DNA of 63,835 nt, counting the filler, from Conidiobolus incongruus B7586 (lineage: Eukaryota): the NCBI GenBank assembly GCA_000697335.1. It is 9 parts of 9 records of this genome, joined end to end, with 100 filler letters (N's around TTAATTAATTAA, not from the genome) between each part and the next. Parts side by side here need not be neighbours in the genome. Positions count along the whole stretch, not along the records: positions 22,466 to 28,916 come from JNEM01006572.1; positions 29,017 to 32,737 come from JNEM01006574.1; positions 32,838 to 36,218 come from JNEM01006576.1; positions 36,319 to 60,875 come from JNEM01006577.1; 5 more parts are not named here. One strand, written 5' to 3'. The notes below the pieces were generated by a model that was not told the DNA's origin, made no database searches, and saw only the letters and a list, made by a program, of their open reading frames with translations. This document shows positions 27,633 through 40,504 of the stretch, one piece after another; the stretch's first letter is position 1; every line of letters begins with the position of its first letter. Both the position numbers and the translations under genes were made by a program.

Positions 27633-28916
27633 ATTAATACAGAAATTAAATAATAGCACAAATTTAAAATTAAAATTAAATATATATATTAATATAAAAT
27701 ATATAATATCTATTATATAATATAAAATTAATAATCTTCTCTATTATTAATAGTTTTTTTATATTTCTGATAAGCTTCCAGTATCTAAAAAATGGTTCTT
27801 TTTATTAAGGACTGAAATTTGATATTTTATGAATTAATTTAATTTGTTTGCAAGAATTTTTTTTCTTGTAAATTATTTTTTTAATTTTCTAAAACAATTA
27901 TAATTATATGGGTTATAATCAGGTAAATATATTGGATGTAATAACTTTATCTAGTTTTTTATATATAAAATCTTTTATAGTTTTAGTTTTATATATTTAA
28001 TAATTATTATGCAAAATAAAAGATATATAAAATTTATATTAAAAACACTGTATAAGAGTTGTTTTATTTAAAAAATTAATATATAATTTATTATTAATTG
28101 ATTTTCCTTGGGGTATTAAATAAAAAAACCATATATCATTATAATCTATTATAAATATAAATATTTGTTTATATCTAAAGTATTTATTTATTAGAATTTT
28201 AAAGGGTATTGATTTAGTTTAAACCAATACCTTGTTTTATTTTTAGGCAAAAGATTATATATAAAATATAAAATTTGTTAATTATAAGTATATGTTGTAA
28301 AAACTTATAATTTTAGTTATACCTTAGTAAATTTAGTTTAGCTATAGTTACTTTAATTTTCTTTTAAGATTTTATTAAATTATGATATATCTATTTTATA
28401 TTTTTATTAGTTAATCTAAATTAAAACTTAAATATATATAACATACTTATATAATTAATATTAAATTACTTTGATAGTTCTTTAGTTGAAATAAAAAGAT
28501 ATTTTTTAATATATTTTTTTACTTTATTAATAAATAAAAAATAAGAACAGAAATTAATTTTTTAGATTTTGGCAAATTTTAAATAATGTCCCTTATAGTT
28601 TTAAAATTATAAATCTAATGATAAATGGTAATTTTAGATAAAACACCATCTTTATAAGTTATTTACAAGTGTTAGATAATTTTAAAAGGTTTATGATTAA
28701 GTTTTTAAGATCCAAAATTAAAAGTTTTTTGATAATTATTATCTAATTTAAATATAGTTAAATTTAAATATAAATTTCAAAATTAAAACATTATTATTAA
28801 ATATATAATTAAAATTAAATATAAATATATTTATATATAGTTTGAAAATATTTATTTTCCTTATATTTTATAAATAAATAGTTTTTTAAAATATATAATA
28901 TATTTGAAAAATCAAA
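27633..28916 (-). mobile_element. Near full-length (~1.3 kb) degenerate mariner-like DD34D transposon
   Basis: Minus-strand translation gives KQIFIFIIDYNDIWFFYLIPQGKSINNKLY, ILHNN (cf. LHDN) and LLHPIYLPDYNPYNY (cf. HPPYSPDxxPxDY); colinear with the other copies; left boundary approximate. Confidence 0.8.
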
Positions 28917-29016
28917 NNNNNNNNNNNNNNNNNNNNNNNNNNNNNNNNNNNNNNNNNNNNTTAATTAATTAANNNNNNNNNNNNNNNNNNNNNNNNNNNN
29001 NNNNNNNNNNNNNNNN
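28917..29016. other. Artificial 100-nt contig linker
   Basis: N44-TTAATTAATTAA-N44. Confidence 0.97.
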
Positions 29017-29243
29017 TTTCTGCAGGAAAATTTAATTGGTTTGTGAAACATCAAATTTCAGTCCTTAATAAAAAGAACTGTTTTTTAGGTGTTAGAAGTT
29101 TGCTAAAAGTATAGCAAAAAGTTATTAATAATAAAAGAAACTATTAAATTTATATTATATATTTATTTTTATATATCATATATTTAAATGTTTATTTATT
29201 TTTAATCACAAAAAATTCCCATTATTAAAAATGTAGAGTAATA
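29017..29243 (+). mobile_element. Degenerate mariner-like element, 3' end with TIR
   Basis: Reads SAGKFNWFVKHQISVLNKKNCFLGVRSLLKV*QKVINNKRNY* (mariner C-terminus G-x-x-x-L-P-x-x-W-x-K-x-I-x-x-x-G-x-Y). End AAAAATTCCCATTATTAAAAATGTAGAGTAATA is an inverted match to the 5' TIR at 16413. Confidence 0.8.
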
Positions 29244-30546
29244 TTTAAATTACAATATATATTTTTATAATTAAAATTAATCAAATATATAGATTTAATT
29301 ATTTGGATCTTTGTAATTAAAAAATCAATTTTAAATTTTAATTATTACTCAAAATTATCAAGGTAAATAATCTTATATTATTACTAATTAAATTAATATA
29401 ATATATATTCTTGCTTTATAAAATATTAAAAATTAAAAAATAATAAATATGATAATTTTAAACTCTGATTAAAATAGAAATTAATTTATATTTATATTAT
29501 ATTGCCATAGATTAAATTTTCAGTTTTGTTATTAACCATGCAACAAAATTAAAATATAATAATCTTAGAAAATAAAAGCATTCAATTAAATTGTTATTGG
29601 TTATTTTATTAGTAACAAAATTATTAGACTTATATAGTGATTTTGTTTCGATTTTTAATTTTATCATAATTTTTATTTATTTTATTCCATAATCTTTTTA
29701 TTAAATTTAAATGGATAAAATATCAAAATTATATAGATATATTATTTATTGATAATTATTAAATAAAATATATACAAAATCTGAAATTAGAATATATTTA
29801 AATTTTAATGTTTTTTATATATTAAAATTATATAAATTATTTAAATCAGATATAAATTTAAAATAATTATTTTGTTACTATATATTTAAACCAATGTTTT
29901 CAAGTCTAACCTATTATAAACATAAGAATAACTAATTATATAACAAAAATCCTATATAGTAATTTATATAACTATATAGATAATTAATTAACTGTTATAG
30001 TTCTAGTTATATAATTTATTTATAAAATACTCTAAATATAGAGAATATAATGATATTGGAAAGAGTCATTTATATATTTATATTATTAATGGAATTTAAG
30101 CTAAAATTGAAATATATTTAATAAACTTAAATATAAATAGTTATGATTTAATTTTGAGTAATATATTTTTGAAAACAAGATAAAAACAAGTTGTTAATTA
30201 TATATTATAGTATTATCAATTTCAATATCAAAAACTTTATTAGATTGTTGATTTACCATAAAAACTAATATTCCAAAAATTGGCATATAATTGTGGGAAA
30301 GTTTGTATTAAAGTTTTAAATCATTCAAATTCAATAATATTCTTATAAACTGAAAAAATTAGGGAATGAGGATATTAAATTGTGTGATGGTCATAAAAAT
30401 CTTGCTCGGCATTAATATTCTCTTTATGTCAAAAGCAATAAACATTTGTAATACAGTGATTTGATTAAAAACTTAAATATTATACCAAATTTATTCATAA
30501 TTTTATGAAAAAAAATTAATTTATACATAAAATTGTTTTGATGGTA

Positions 30547-31560
30547 TTACGCTTGGTAATTATAATCAATTCTAGGTTGATTAGAAACTTCAGCTGTTTC
30601 AATACCAGGCTTGGATTTAGTCCAATATTTATCGTAAACAGATCCCAGACCCGTCTTTTTAACTAACTCGTGCTGAATTGGCTTATTGATTTTGAGTGTA
30701 ATGATTGGACTGAATAATTTATAACTTTCGAGTAAACACAGAAAGATGCAATCGACCCATGGATCCCTCCTAATATCGAAAATACCTTCTAGAAGGAAGG
30801 AAATTCCAATTGGTAGCATGGAAACGTTGATGATGATGATATAAGCTGAGGATTTGAGTGCCACTCTCCACAAGTGGTTCTCCATCACTTCGTGCCGACG
30901 GATGATATTCGGATCATTGGTATGCCATATAGTTCTTTGAGTTTTCATAATACTCTTCCGAAATATCCTATAAATTCGAAAATAAAAGAAACTGCTCACA
31001 ACTGGTGGTAACACAAATGCTAGAAAAATAGCAATTGCCAACACTTCTTTATGGTCCGTATGCTGCTCAATAGCGATGAAAGAGTATCCCGACGTGGTTA
31101 GGGTATAAGCATCTTCAAGATCGATCCAAGTGGCTAGTAGAATAATGATCAGCCACATTAGACTCAAAAGACCTATGATGTGCTTCATTTCCAATTTCCT
31201 ATCCCAAACTACATGGCAGTATTTGGTGAATGCAATACATGTAGCAGACAGTAACCAACTCATATAAGCGATAAAATTAATCCCACCAGCAATTTGCATG
31301 TCCATTTTACCGAGGGTTACCACTGATCTCGAATCTGTCGCAGTTGAAATAATTATAATACAAGCGTATATAAAATCCATACAAGTTAAATGAGCTACCA
31401 GGATATTATCAACATTTCTTAATTTTTTAGAACTTAAAATTGTTACAATAATAAATAAACTAGGTAATAAAATAATACAACTCACAGCTATACGAAATCC
31501 GTTACGTACTTGGTATTCAATATCATCTAAATCTTTAAAAAACTGTGGAATTTGCCACAT
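30547..31560 (-). CDS. Seven-transmembrane, class A GPCR-like receptor (337 aa, intronless)
   Basis: Seven hydrophobic segments; TM2 NILVAHLTCMDF (LxxxD), TM3 end IAFTKY (DRY position), TM5 FYFRIY, TM7 FSPII (NPxxY position). Confidence 0.8.
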   Translation of the reverse strand: MWQIPQFFKDLDDIEYQVRNGFRIAVSCIILLPSLFIIVTILSSKKLRNVDNILVAHLTCMDFIYACIIIISTATDSRSVVTLGKMDMQIAGGINFIAYMSWLLSATCIAFTKYCHVVWDRKLEMKHIIGLLSLMWLIIILLATWIDLEDAYTLTTSGYSFIAIEQHTDHKEVLAIAIFLAFVLPPVVSSFFYFRIYRIFRKSIMKTQRTIWHTNDPNIIRRHEVMENHLWRVALKSSAYIIIINVSMLPIGISFLLEGIFDIRRDPWVDCIFLCLLESYKLFSPIITLKINKPIQHELVKKTGLGSVYDKYWTKSKPGIETAEVSNQPRIDYNYQA

Positions 31561-32737
31561 TCCAGTTCATCAATATATTTTAATAATTGACTGGAAAAAC
31601 TTTTTTATATTAATATTTTGATTAATTTAATAGCATAAGGTTACTCTATGAATTTATATTAAAAATAAAACCATATAAAACTTCAATGACTTGGTAATGA
31701 ATTCATTGGATTTTTAATTTCTGATGAAAAGATTGGGTAAATTGTAATCAAACAGCTGTTTCAGATTGTAACTTGAAAATCTTTATTGAATAAAGTATGG
31801 GTTGTCAGATAACAGTATCATCCTTTTTACAATTCAATCATTATTATATACAAATGATAATATTATAGATAATATTTTAATCATTTTATATTAATTTTTC
31901 TTATATTAAAAGTAATTTACAGTCCAATCAATTTATACAACCAATTATAATTATTAACTTGAGATATTAATTTTATTAGTGTGATAATATGCAAGAATAT
32001 GATAATATACCAAATATCAATGCATTGGTTATCAAATCTCAGAATTTTCTTTGAAATTTTCATTTTAGTAAATTTTCCATCTATGATGAGTTATTTTCAA
32101 TTAATTTTATTTTTAACAAATATATTTTATTTAATTTCCATTATATCTTAAATTTAAATTAAATATAATTTATAGTTTTTTATTTAAATTTAATGAGTTC
32201 ACGCGCTGTAAATTTAGAATAAATTATTTTATAATTGAGAGTTGGCAAAGTTCATTTTCATCAGATTATATAACAACATGCTTTTGTGATTCATTCTATT
32301 TCAAAAACTGATTTAATAATAATTGCTTGACTCATTTGCTTTTTAATAATCTTAAATAGGTAAAAATAAAAACATATTGGAATTAATATTTGAGTAATTG
32401 ATTCAACTATACTCTCTAATATTTATCTATTAATGGAAATCAGATTATAAATTTTTGATTAAAAATTATATCAAAATATTTTGAATATGAACAATATAAT
32501 ATAACAATATTATATATAATTTTAATCAAATTTTCAATAAAGTATTCATATTTGGCAAAGTTCAATTGCTTAATGGAGATTAAAATACAAAATTATATAC
32601 TTAAATCTATAATAAAAAAATTAATTAAATATAATTGATTTTATTTTATTAATATCTGAAAATATAAAGCTATATTTTGAATGATATTTATTTAGACTAG
32701 ATTTATATTAAATAAATCATATTATTATTAATATATA

Positions 32738-32837
32738 NNNNNNNNNNNNNNNNNNNNNNNNNNNNNNNNNNNNNNNNNNNNTTAATTAATTAANNNNNNN
32801 NNNNNNNNNNNNNNNNNNNNNNNNNNNNNNNNNNNNN
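32738..32837. other. Artificial 100-nt contig linker
   Basis: N44-TTAATTAATTAA-N44. Confidence 0.97.
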
Positions 32838-33949
32838 TTTTTTAAAATTATGGTAATTTTTTTAATTATTAATTAAAAATATTATTCAATATAAATTAAA
32901 ATATATAAAATATTAGATATTAATTATTTTGATTAATATAATCCTTATAAGTATAATATAATATATATAAATTAAAATGATTAATGAAATATTAATTCAA
33001 TTAAAAAATATAGTAATTTTTATTTAATCAAGATATAAGTAAAAGTAATTTTTATTTAAATTTTCCAATTAACTGGAAAGAGAATATATAAAAGTATTTT
33101 TGAAATAAAATTAAATACCAAATATGTTTAATATTAACTATTATATTATTATATGCTATATATTTTTTGTAGCTTGATTGAATATTTGCTAGTGATTCAT
33201 CTTATTTAATATTCCTTATCAATAAGATAAAAATATTAATAGTAAATTTGATTAAATAAATTTCAATTTTTTATTAATAAAATGAATTAGTTTTAATAAT
33301 CCATTTATTTATTAAAATATTGAAATTCTGATTTAATAAAATAAAATAGAATATATTGTTTATTAGATAATGATAATAAAAACATTTAAATAATTTCGAA
33401 TTTAATTCATAAAAACAATAATAATATAATTTATTTAGTATATTTTTCTAATGAAATGCAAAATATGTATATTACCATTAATATACTCAAGTAATAAATT
33501 GATGATATTTATATCTTATAATATACACATAAATTCTAAAATTTTGTTTGAAATAAAATATTTTAATTGACAAATATAAGTAATATTTTCAAAGTATTAT
33601 ATTATACTTGATTCAAATAAGGAATCAAATCAATTCAATATTGAAAAATATTTATTTTAATGACATTCAAATTTCATCAAAGTCCAAATTCATAAAGCTT
33701 ATTCAGAAATCCTAGTAGATCCCTAATATTTGTTGCTTTGCCAATAATTTAAATCCAAATCCAAAAATGAATGACCAATAAAAATTATGATGATTTGATT
33801 TTTAGAATAAATTTTTTATTCTAATACTGCTAAAACTTTGACTAATTCAAAAAGAATTAATTGTACCTATTTCAATCAATTAGTTTATTTTAAATATCAA
33901 ACCATCGTATCATTAATCATAGTCATATTTATACATTATCGCATATAAA

Positions 33950-34466
33950 CATTCCCCTAATTATACATTGTCTCAGACATGCAAAAGAAGATGATAATCA
34001 GTGCCCTTGAATGAATTGTCAAGTGAGTTTTAGTAATCATAATTATTAGTATATTAAACTATTTCATATTTATGGTTCAGTTGTATACATTATTTAGAAA
34101 AATGTATTAATAGCCACAATAATGCACCATTAATAAAGTTAATCCAACTAAGAAGAATATAAACATTGACGTATTTATTTGAGACTAGTTACAGCTTCAA
34201 AATAATCCAACAATCAAATTACATAAATTATTAATGGATACATTCAAATTATTAAAATGTATAAACACTATTAAATATATTGAATTTAAAATATCATTCA
34301 TTGATACGTTAATAGCACAATTCATTTTGAAATATCAATATCACCAAAGAGTGATAATGAATATCGATGAAATCATAAACAATAAAGCTGATGATTTAAT
34401 AATTGAGTTTGAAAAAATATCCCACATATACAATATGACATCAGCACACTGAAAATAAGTCTCCAT
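33950..34466 (-). pseudogene. Possible decayed 7TM/membrane-protein gene
   Basis: ATG at 34466 reads METYFQCADVILYMWDIFSNSIIKSSALLFMISSIFIITLW*...AINVSMNDILNSIYLIVF...NLCNLIVGLF*, a TM1-TM3-like pattern with stops; 3' end unclear. Confidence 0.3.
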
Positions 34467-34801
34467 TCAATTAAATTTTAATATATTTCCTGAATATCGG
34501 ATATCAATTAATTTTCAAATGACTTTCATGAATTTGTTTTAATAATACCAGTCACTTAAATGGATACTGATTTTAATTTAAAATTTTTAGTAATAAAAAA
34601 TATTTAAGTTAAAAATTAACTAAATTAAGAAACTTTATAAATACGGTAAATTGTCGATTAAATGTTAATTAAAATTGAAATTAGCCAGAAATATGGAAAT
34701 TATATAAATAGCAAAAAGTAATTCCACTTAAGCCAATTTTTGAACAGATAATTATTTTTAACCGTTTCATTTAACTTATTATTAGTTAGATATTGCAAAC
34801 T

Positions 34802-35686
34802 ATGTCAATTGACACGATCCAATTGGATAGGTAATATAGCTTTTATTGGATTCATTCATGTTATAATGTTAATTTGGATAACTTTATTTTTAGTAACAAA
34901 AAGTTGGATTTGGAAAAACTTTTCAGTCAGTTTGATATAAATAACAAGTCACTCCAGAGTACGCCCCAAGGTCAGAGGCCGTTGAGCTTGAGAATTAAAC
35001 AGAGAAAGGAGAGAGAAAGCATTCAAATTAGCACTTTCACTGAACGTAGCAGAGATTCTGTGTATTTAAAACAACTATTAGATAGGATGAATATCACAAA
35101 ATATTCAATTGACCAGATATTATTTTCAACCCCAAGTAAAAATATTCGTACCCCAGAACAGCTGGATAGTTCTCACGATAAACCAACAAATGATTTTGTA
35201 TTTCCTAAAGAACATAGAAGAGTATCTACTAATTCTATGATACCAGTTCCCAAGTCTTATAAACTAAGAAGTTCAATCTCTAAGCCCGATCACAGAAAGA
35301 GCCAGTGTGAGAGTAAAGTAACAACACCTACAGCAAAAGAACAAGTCACGGTAGAGGCAACACTAAGCAAAGGAGATATCTTGGTTGAAAAAGAAAGCAA
35401 GAGTAAAATCACAGCACCCACAACGAAAGCACAGGCTACGATAGAGACGATACCATGCAATGAAGGTGCACTGATTGATTCAGAAACCCAAAGTTTTAAA
35501 CTGAATCTGGATACTCAACTCAAACCAAGTAAACGCATCCAACTCAAACCAGCCATCAGTAACATCAACGAATTTATGAAAAAGAATCAGTCTATCTCGC
35601 AAAGCTTGAGCTGGTACCATCCCACACCCAAATCAAGACTTCCCATACCAGCTAAATTTCACCACAAGGAAGGTGTATCTGTATAA
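34802..35686 (+). CDS. Uncharacterised basic Ser/Thr/Pro-rich disordered protein (273 aa; exons 34802-34830, 34894-35686) with SxIP-like motifs
   Basis: A GTAATA..TTTTAG intron joins an ATG exon in frame (MSIDTIQLDSNKKLDLEK) with the ORF-track frame; contains SMIP and SRLP. Confidence 0.7.
35311..35490 (+). repeat. In-frame 90-nt (30 aa) diverged tandem duplication
   Basis: GAGTAAAGTAACAACACCTACAGCAAAAG at 35311 vs GAGTAAAATCACAGCACCCACAACGAAAG at 35401; SKVTTPTAKEQVTVEATL vs SKITAPTTKAQATIETIP. Confidence 0.75.
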
Positions 35687-36001
35687 CTCAAACTACTCTT
35701 ATCAATTTCCTAGTTAAAACCATTATACCGACTAAACTATTCTAAAAATATGCAAGTGATTCCAACAGAGGCAATGTGACTTATATTCCGTGTAAATCAC
35801 TTCAAATTCCAATTAGTATGAAATTATTGAACTCCAAATCTTATTCACTAACATTTACAGTGTTAATAAATCCAAGCACACTTATTTATTTGAAACAATT
35901 CCCTTATTCTCAATTTTCTAAAATATATAAATCATTATTATCCTGTATTATTTAATATATTTTGAGTTAAATTTATCAACTTGATTTTCAAAATTATCTC
36001 A

Positions 36002-36032
<31 letters not shown>

Positions 36033-36218
36033 CTAAATACAATCTCTCATTTCAAAAAGCTCATTTTCTAAAAACTTTATGATAATAAAAATAATTTTCT
36101 ATTATTTAAAATTTATTATAACCTTTTTTTAAACTTGAATAATTAATTAAAAATAATATTTTTTTTAATTTAAATTTATTAAATAATAATATTAAAATAA
36201 AATTAAAAATAAATAAAT

Positions 36219-36318
36219 NNNNNNNNNNNNNNNNNNNNNNNNNNNNNNNNNNNNNNNNNNNNTTAATTAATTAANNNNNNNNNNNNNNNNNNNNNNNNNN
36301 NNNNNNNNNNNNNNNNNN
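36219..36318. other. Artificial 100-nt contig linker
   Basis: N44-TTAATTAATTAA-N44. Confidence 0.97.
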
Positions 36319-38197
36319 AATAATTATTAAATTTAATCTTCTTTTTAAAATAAATTATTAATAAATTAAATAGGATTATAAGAATAGGTTATATTAATTA
36401 AAAGTTAAAATAAATTAAATTACCTAGAATTATTAAAATAAATATAGTAATTATAATGCATTATTTATAATTTAATAATAATAATTATTATTATTATTTT
36501 ATTTTATTAAAATAAATTTTTAATATATTTAAAAAATTTTTCGAATTAATAAAATGAATTATATATTTTAATAATTAATTAATCTTATTGTCAATTATAT
36601 TATATAAAAGAATAATTAAAATAAGTGATTATATAGATTAATTTATATTTTTTCAGTATATATAATTTAATTATAGAATTTTATAATCAAGTATATAATA
36701 TAATGAACCAAATAAATAATATAATGTGAATGTATATGTTGATCAAATAAGTTAAATATATTGATTATTTTATTGATAAGTTAATATTATAAATTAAATT
36801 TCAAATCAAAATATTTAATTTTAACTTTATATTATGAGATTAATATAATAATCTTTGGATTGGATAATTGGATCGAATGTATAATTAGGAGAAAGGAGAT
36901 ACATGAAAAGATCAATATATATATATATATATATATTTAAGATATATAAATTTTGTATAAGAATTTACTTAATCAATATATCTTTTTTAAAATTGATTTT
37001 TTGTTTTAATTTTCATAATCCAATTATCATAAATTTTTATTGAATTTAATAAAGCACATATTAAAATTTGGCATAGTATATTTAAATTAAAATTAAAATT
37101 AAAAAATCATTCAATTTAAAAAATTAAAATAATTTAATAAATAAAATTAGAAAATTTTATATTAAAAGTAATAGAAAATTGTAATTTATCTAATCAAATT
37201 ACTTCAATATCAATTTTATTGAGTATTTAAAAAAATTAATCAAAATAGGATCAAGATGATCAAAGAGCATAATCTATGAATATTTTTGTTATCTTTTTTT
37301 GTTCAATATGATTAATTTTAATTACACTGTAAAAATAAATCCAATATTTGGATTCAAATCAATATATTTGGCTATAATCTAAAACTGTTACCCAGTCTAT
37401 TAATAAAATAAGAACATAACATTCAAATGCTTTCAGAAATTTAAAATTATTGGAGAAATTAATTAAATCATTCCTTTATTTTTTCAAATCATATCAACCT
37501 ACTTAAAATAATAATTAAAATAATAGCTAATAACTAATAAATAAAATTAGATTATATCAATGTGACGTTTATTCAATATTAGTGATTTAAATTTAATATC
37601 AATATTGATCAGGTGAATACTATCAAAACCCTCAATAATAAAAATCATAATTCTATCAAATTAGATATTAAATATAACAATATTTTAAGTTGTAGAATCT
37701 TAATTATTTATTAAAAGTTTTAAATCATTTTTTAAAAAAAATTTATAAAATTTCAATTAAAATTTGAATAAATTTATATTTGTAATATAGTATTCTATGT
37801 TTAAAGAATTATTAATATTGATAAATATTATAACAATAATATTTTAAATAAAGTGAATTATTAGTATGAAAAATTGAAATATAGTTAATATACCAAGTAT
37901 CATTAGTAAAATTATACTTGATTCAACCCCAACAATCTAATAAATTATTTTATTCAAAAATCTAATAGCTATTGTGGAAGAAATATTCCTTGTATATATT
38001 AAATATATAAAATCTCATAAATTTTAAATTTTCTTACAAAATTATTAATTAATCTTGAAACACTATTACAAATATATTATTTATAAAAAAAATAATAGAT
38101 TTAATAATATCTCCTGTTAAAATTAGATTGGAATATAGTAATTAATTATTCATAATAATTGCTTTAGAATAATTAGTAATGGTAATATATTAAAGTC

Positions 38198-39351
38198 ATG
38201 GAACAATTTTTCACTCCATTGTATATTGCAACAAATAGGTTACCCAATTTCAATTATGATACCAAGTTGAATTACCAATTATTTTTGAACAAAGGTATCG
38301 ATTTGAAGATTGTAGACTGTCCTAGTAAGTACTATCCTTTTCATTTTCTGATTTATTGATATTAATAGATAATTTAGGTGGTACTGGCGATGTATATAGT
38401 ATATGCTTGGTCAATAGAATATTCTTATAACAATGCACTATTTAGATGTTGAATAAGTTGAAATCGAAGGATTTAGATTGTGCTATTTTAGTCTGAAGGA
38501 TTTATCGCATGTAAATACATTAATATGACTAATGAATATTATATATATCTAATAATTTCAAATTTAGCTAAATTTAATAACAATGAAGATTTAGTAGCCA
38601 TTGGTACGTATGTAGCGTTTCCATTATGCTGGGCTGCATCCACCAGTAACGATCGCAATATTAAAAATTTTGAATCTTAACGACCCCGCCTTCGGTATCA
38701 GTCGCTTTGCAAGCGACATTCATATTATGGCCTTATATTCGGCTCACTTGAGAAGTTGGAAGCTTAAAGAAATCCAATTTAAAGTTCACCAAAATTTGAA
38801 GGAATAAGCCGATGGTGTCATTTCTGAGAATTCAGATTTGTTCTTGTGGGATCATTTCACTACTAAAGTAACTAATTATGTATTTTATTCTCAATTCTTT
38901 TATTTAACTGACATTTTACATCAAATAGCCCCACTATGATGACGAAGCCCTCAAAAAGATTGGTGAAGTAGTCCCCCTTTGGTCATCCTTCACCATTGTC
39001 ACCATCAAATCCTACCTCTCGCAAACCTCGGTTGAGACTTTACAGTGTATGATGGAAGGCATTCAATCTAGCATCGACTAATTTAATACCTTCGATCACT
39101 GCGTTGACTTTATCCAACAATGCTTCGGCTACAATCCTGAAGACATTTGCGCATGGTACCAAATCGTACAATATCCCAAACGCGTGACTAAATTGAACTA
39201 TTCTCAACTAGTCGACTTCACCAGAGTGCTGCAATTGGCCCAAGAACAAACCACTCAAACCGATGCTGTAAAGATTAACGATTGGATCGATACTAGAATC
39301 GCTCAATGGAACAATTTTACTAATTCATTTAATTTATTGAATAGAGATTAA
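38198..39351 (+). pseudogene. Disrupted type 2 periplasmic-binding-fold (Ca3427-like / NMT1-THI5 superfamily) gene
   Basis: Spliced fragments EQFFTPLYIA, DCPGGTGD, EGFIA, GTYVAFPLCWAAST, FGISRFASDIHIMA, FLWDHFTTK-PHY, IGEVVPLWSSF match the family pattern (EHFSxP, GGTG, GxYVxSPLxW, GxSRxGSGS, WExFTTKP, TPWPSF). In-frame TAA at 38805 and 39079, frameshifts near 38490 and 38675. Confidence 0.75.
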
Positions 39352-39479
39352 AATTCTATAATTTTTGAAAATAATTAATAATATTAATACTATTTTTATC
39401 CCATAAAAAGAATCAATTTTCAATTAATAGATTAAACCACACTAATTATGACTGATTACAAATTCAAATCAACACTAAA

Positions 39480-40459
39480 ATGAGTATACCTAAAAAATTA
39501 ATCACATTTGACTTCTTTTCCACTCTAATTGAACCCAAGTACAGTATTGGCCAACACTACGTATAGACTCCTCAATTTGTATAATACTTTATCATACTAA
39601 TAATTTCGCAGTCTTTAATAGGCAAAAATCACGGATTTAACATTAATCCCACTAAATTAAATTCGGAATTTTTGAAGAGTTACAAATATTATACAAAAAA
39701 GTATAAAAATATGGGTTATTTTGATAATTTGAGTAGTAGAAATTGGTGGAAATTGGTAATTATTTTTTGAGAAATTAGTAATTAAATAATATTAATATAT
39801 CTGTTAGGTGGTTAGAGATACTTTCCAAAACTGTGAAGTTGACTCCAAATGTATTCAAATTTAACCATTTAATCATTCATATTAATCAATTAATATAGTA
39901 ATGGAATCCCATTTCAATCCAATGTTTCATGAACTTTTTACAAAATTCTCTAAAAAAGAAAATTATTACATGTATGACGATGTATTACCCTTGCTAAACC
40001 AATTAAAATCTAATGAGAATTTCAAATTGGGTATTGTTAGCAATATGGATGAAAGAATACGTAATTTTTATAATCTTAACATTGTTTAATGAATACTAAT
40101 TATTCGAAAAGATGATTTACTAAAAGAATTTAACCTGATCCAATATTTTGATTATATTGTCATAAGTCGAGAATGTGGCAAAATTAAGCCTGATCCGAAT
40201 ATCTATCTGAGAATGAATCAATTGGCCAATATTGAGCCAAAATATAGCTATCATATTGGTGATGATTATGAAAAGTAGTAGTTACCATTTTAATTGATCA
40301 ATTATATTCATTAATAATTTGTTTTTTAGAGATTATTTAAGTTGTGAGCAAGTTGGATGGAGAGGTTACTGGCTACAAAGAGACTCTCTAACAATTGACC
40401 CAAAATTAACTATTCCAAAGGATCAAATATTGACCAAATTAACTGATTTTCAAATCTAA
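39480..40459 (+). CDS. HAD-superfamily hydrolase, HDHD3-like (240 aa, 6 exons)
   Basis: Introns 39561-39611, 39756-39807, 39851-39898, 40061-40111, 40275-40329 give an open 723-nt CDS; motifs ITFDFFSTL, WW, GIVSNMDER, KPDPNIY, HIGDDYEKDY. Confidence 0.88.
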
Positions 40460-40504
40460 TAAATTTTAATATTTAAATAATTTAATTTATTAGAAAAAAG
40501 TAAT

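Noticed and set aside
30700..30760. Fungal type II opsin
   Set aside because: The K296-equivalent position is Glu by my count and the TM7 Lys is three residues off, so retinal binding is unsupported.
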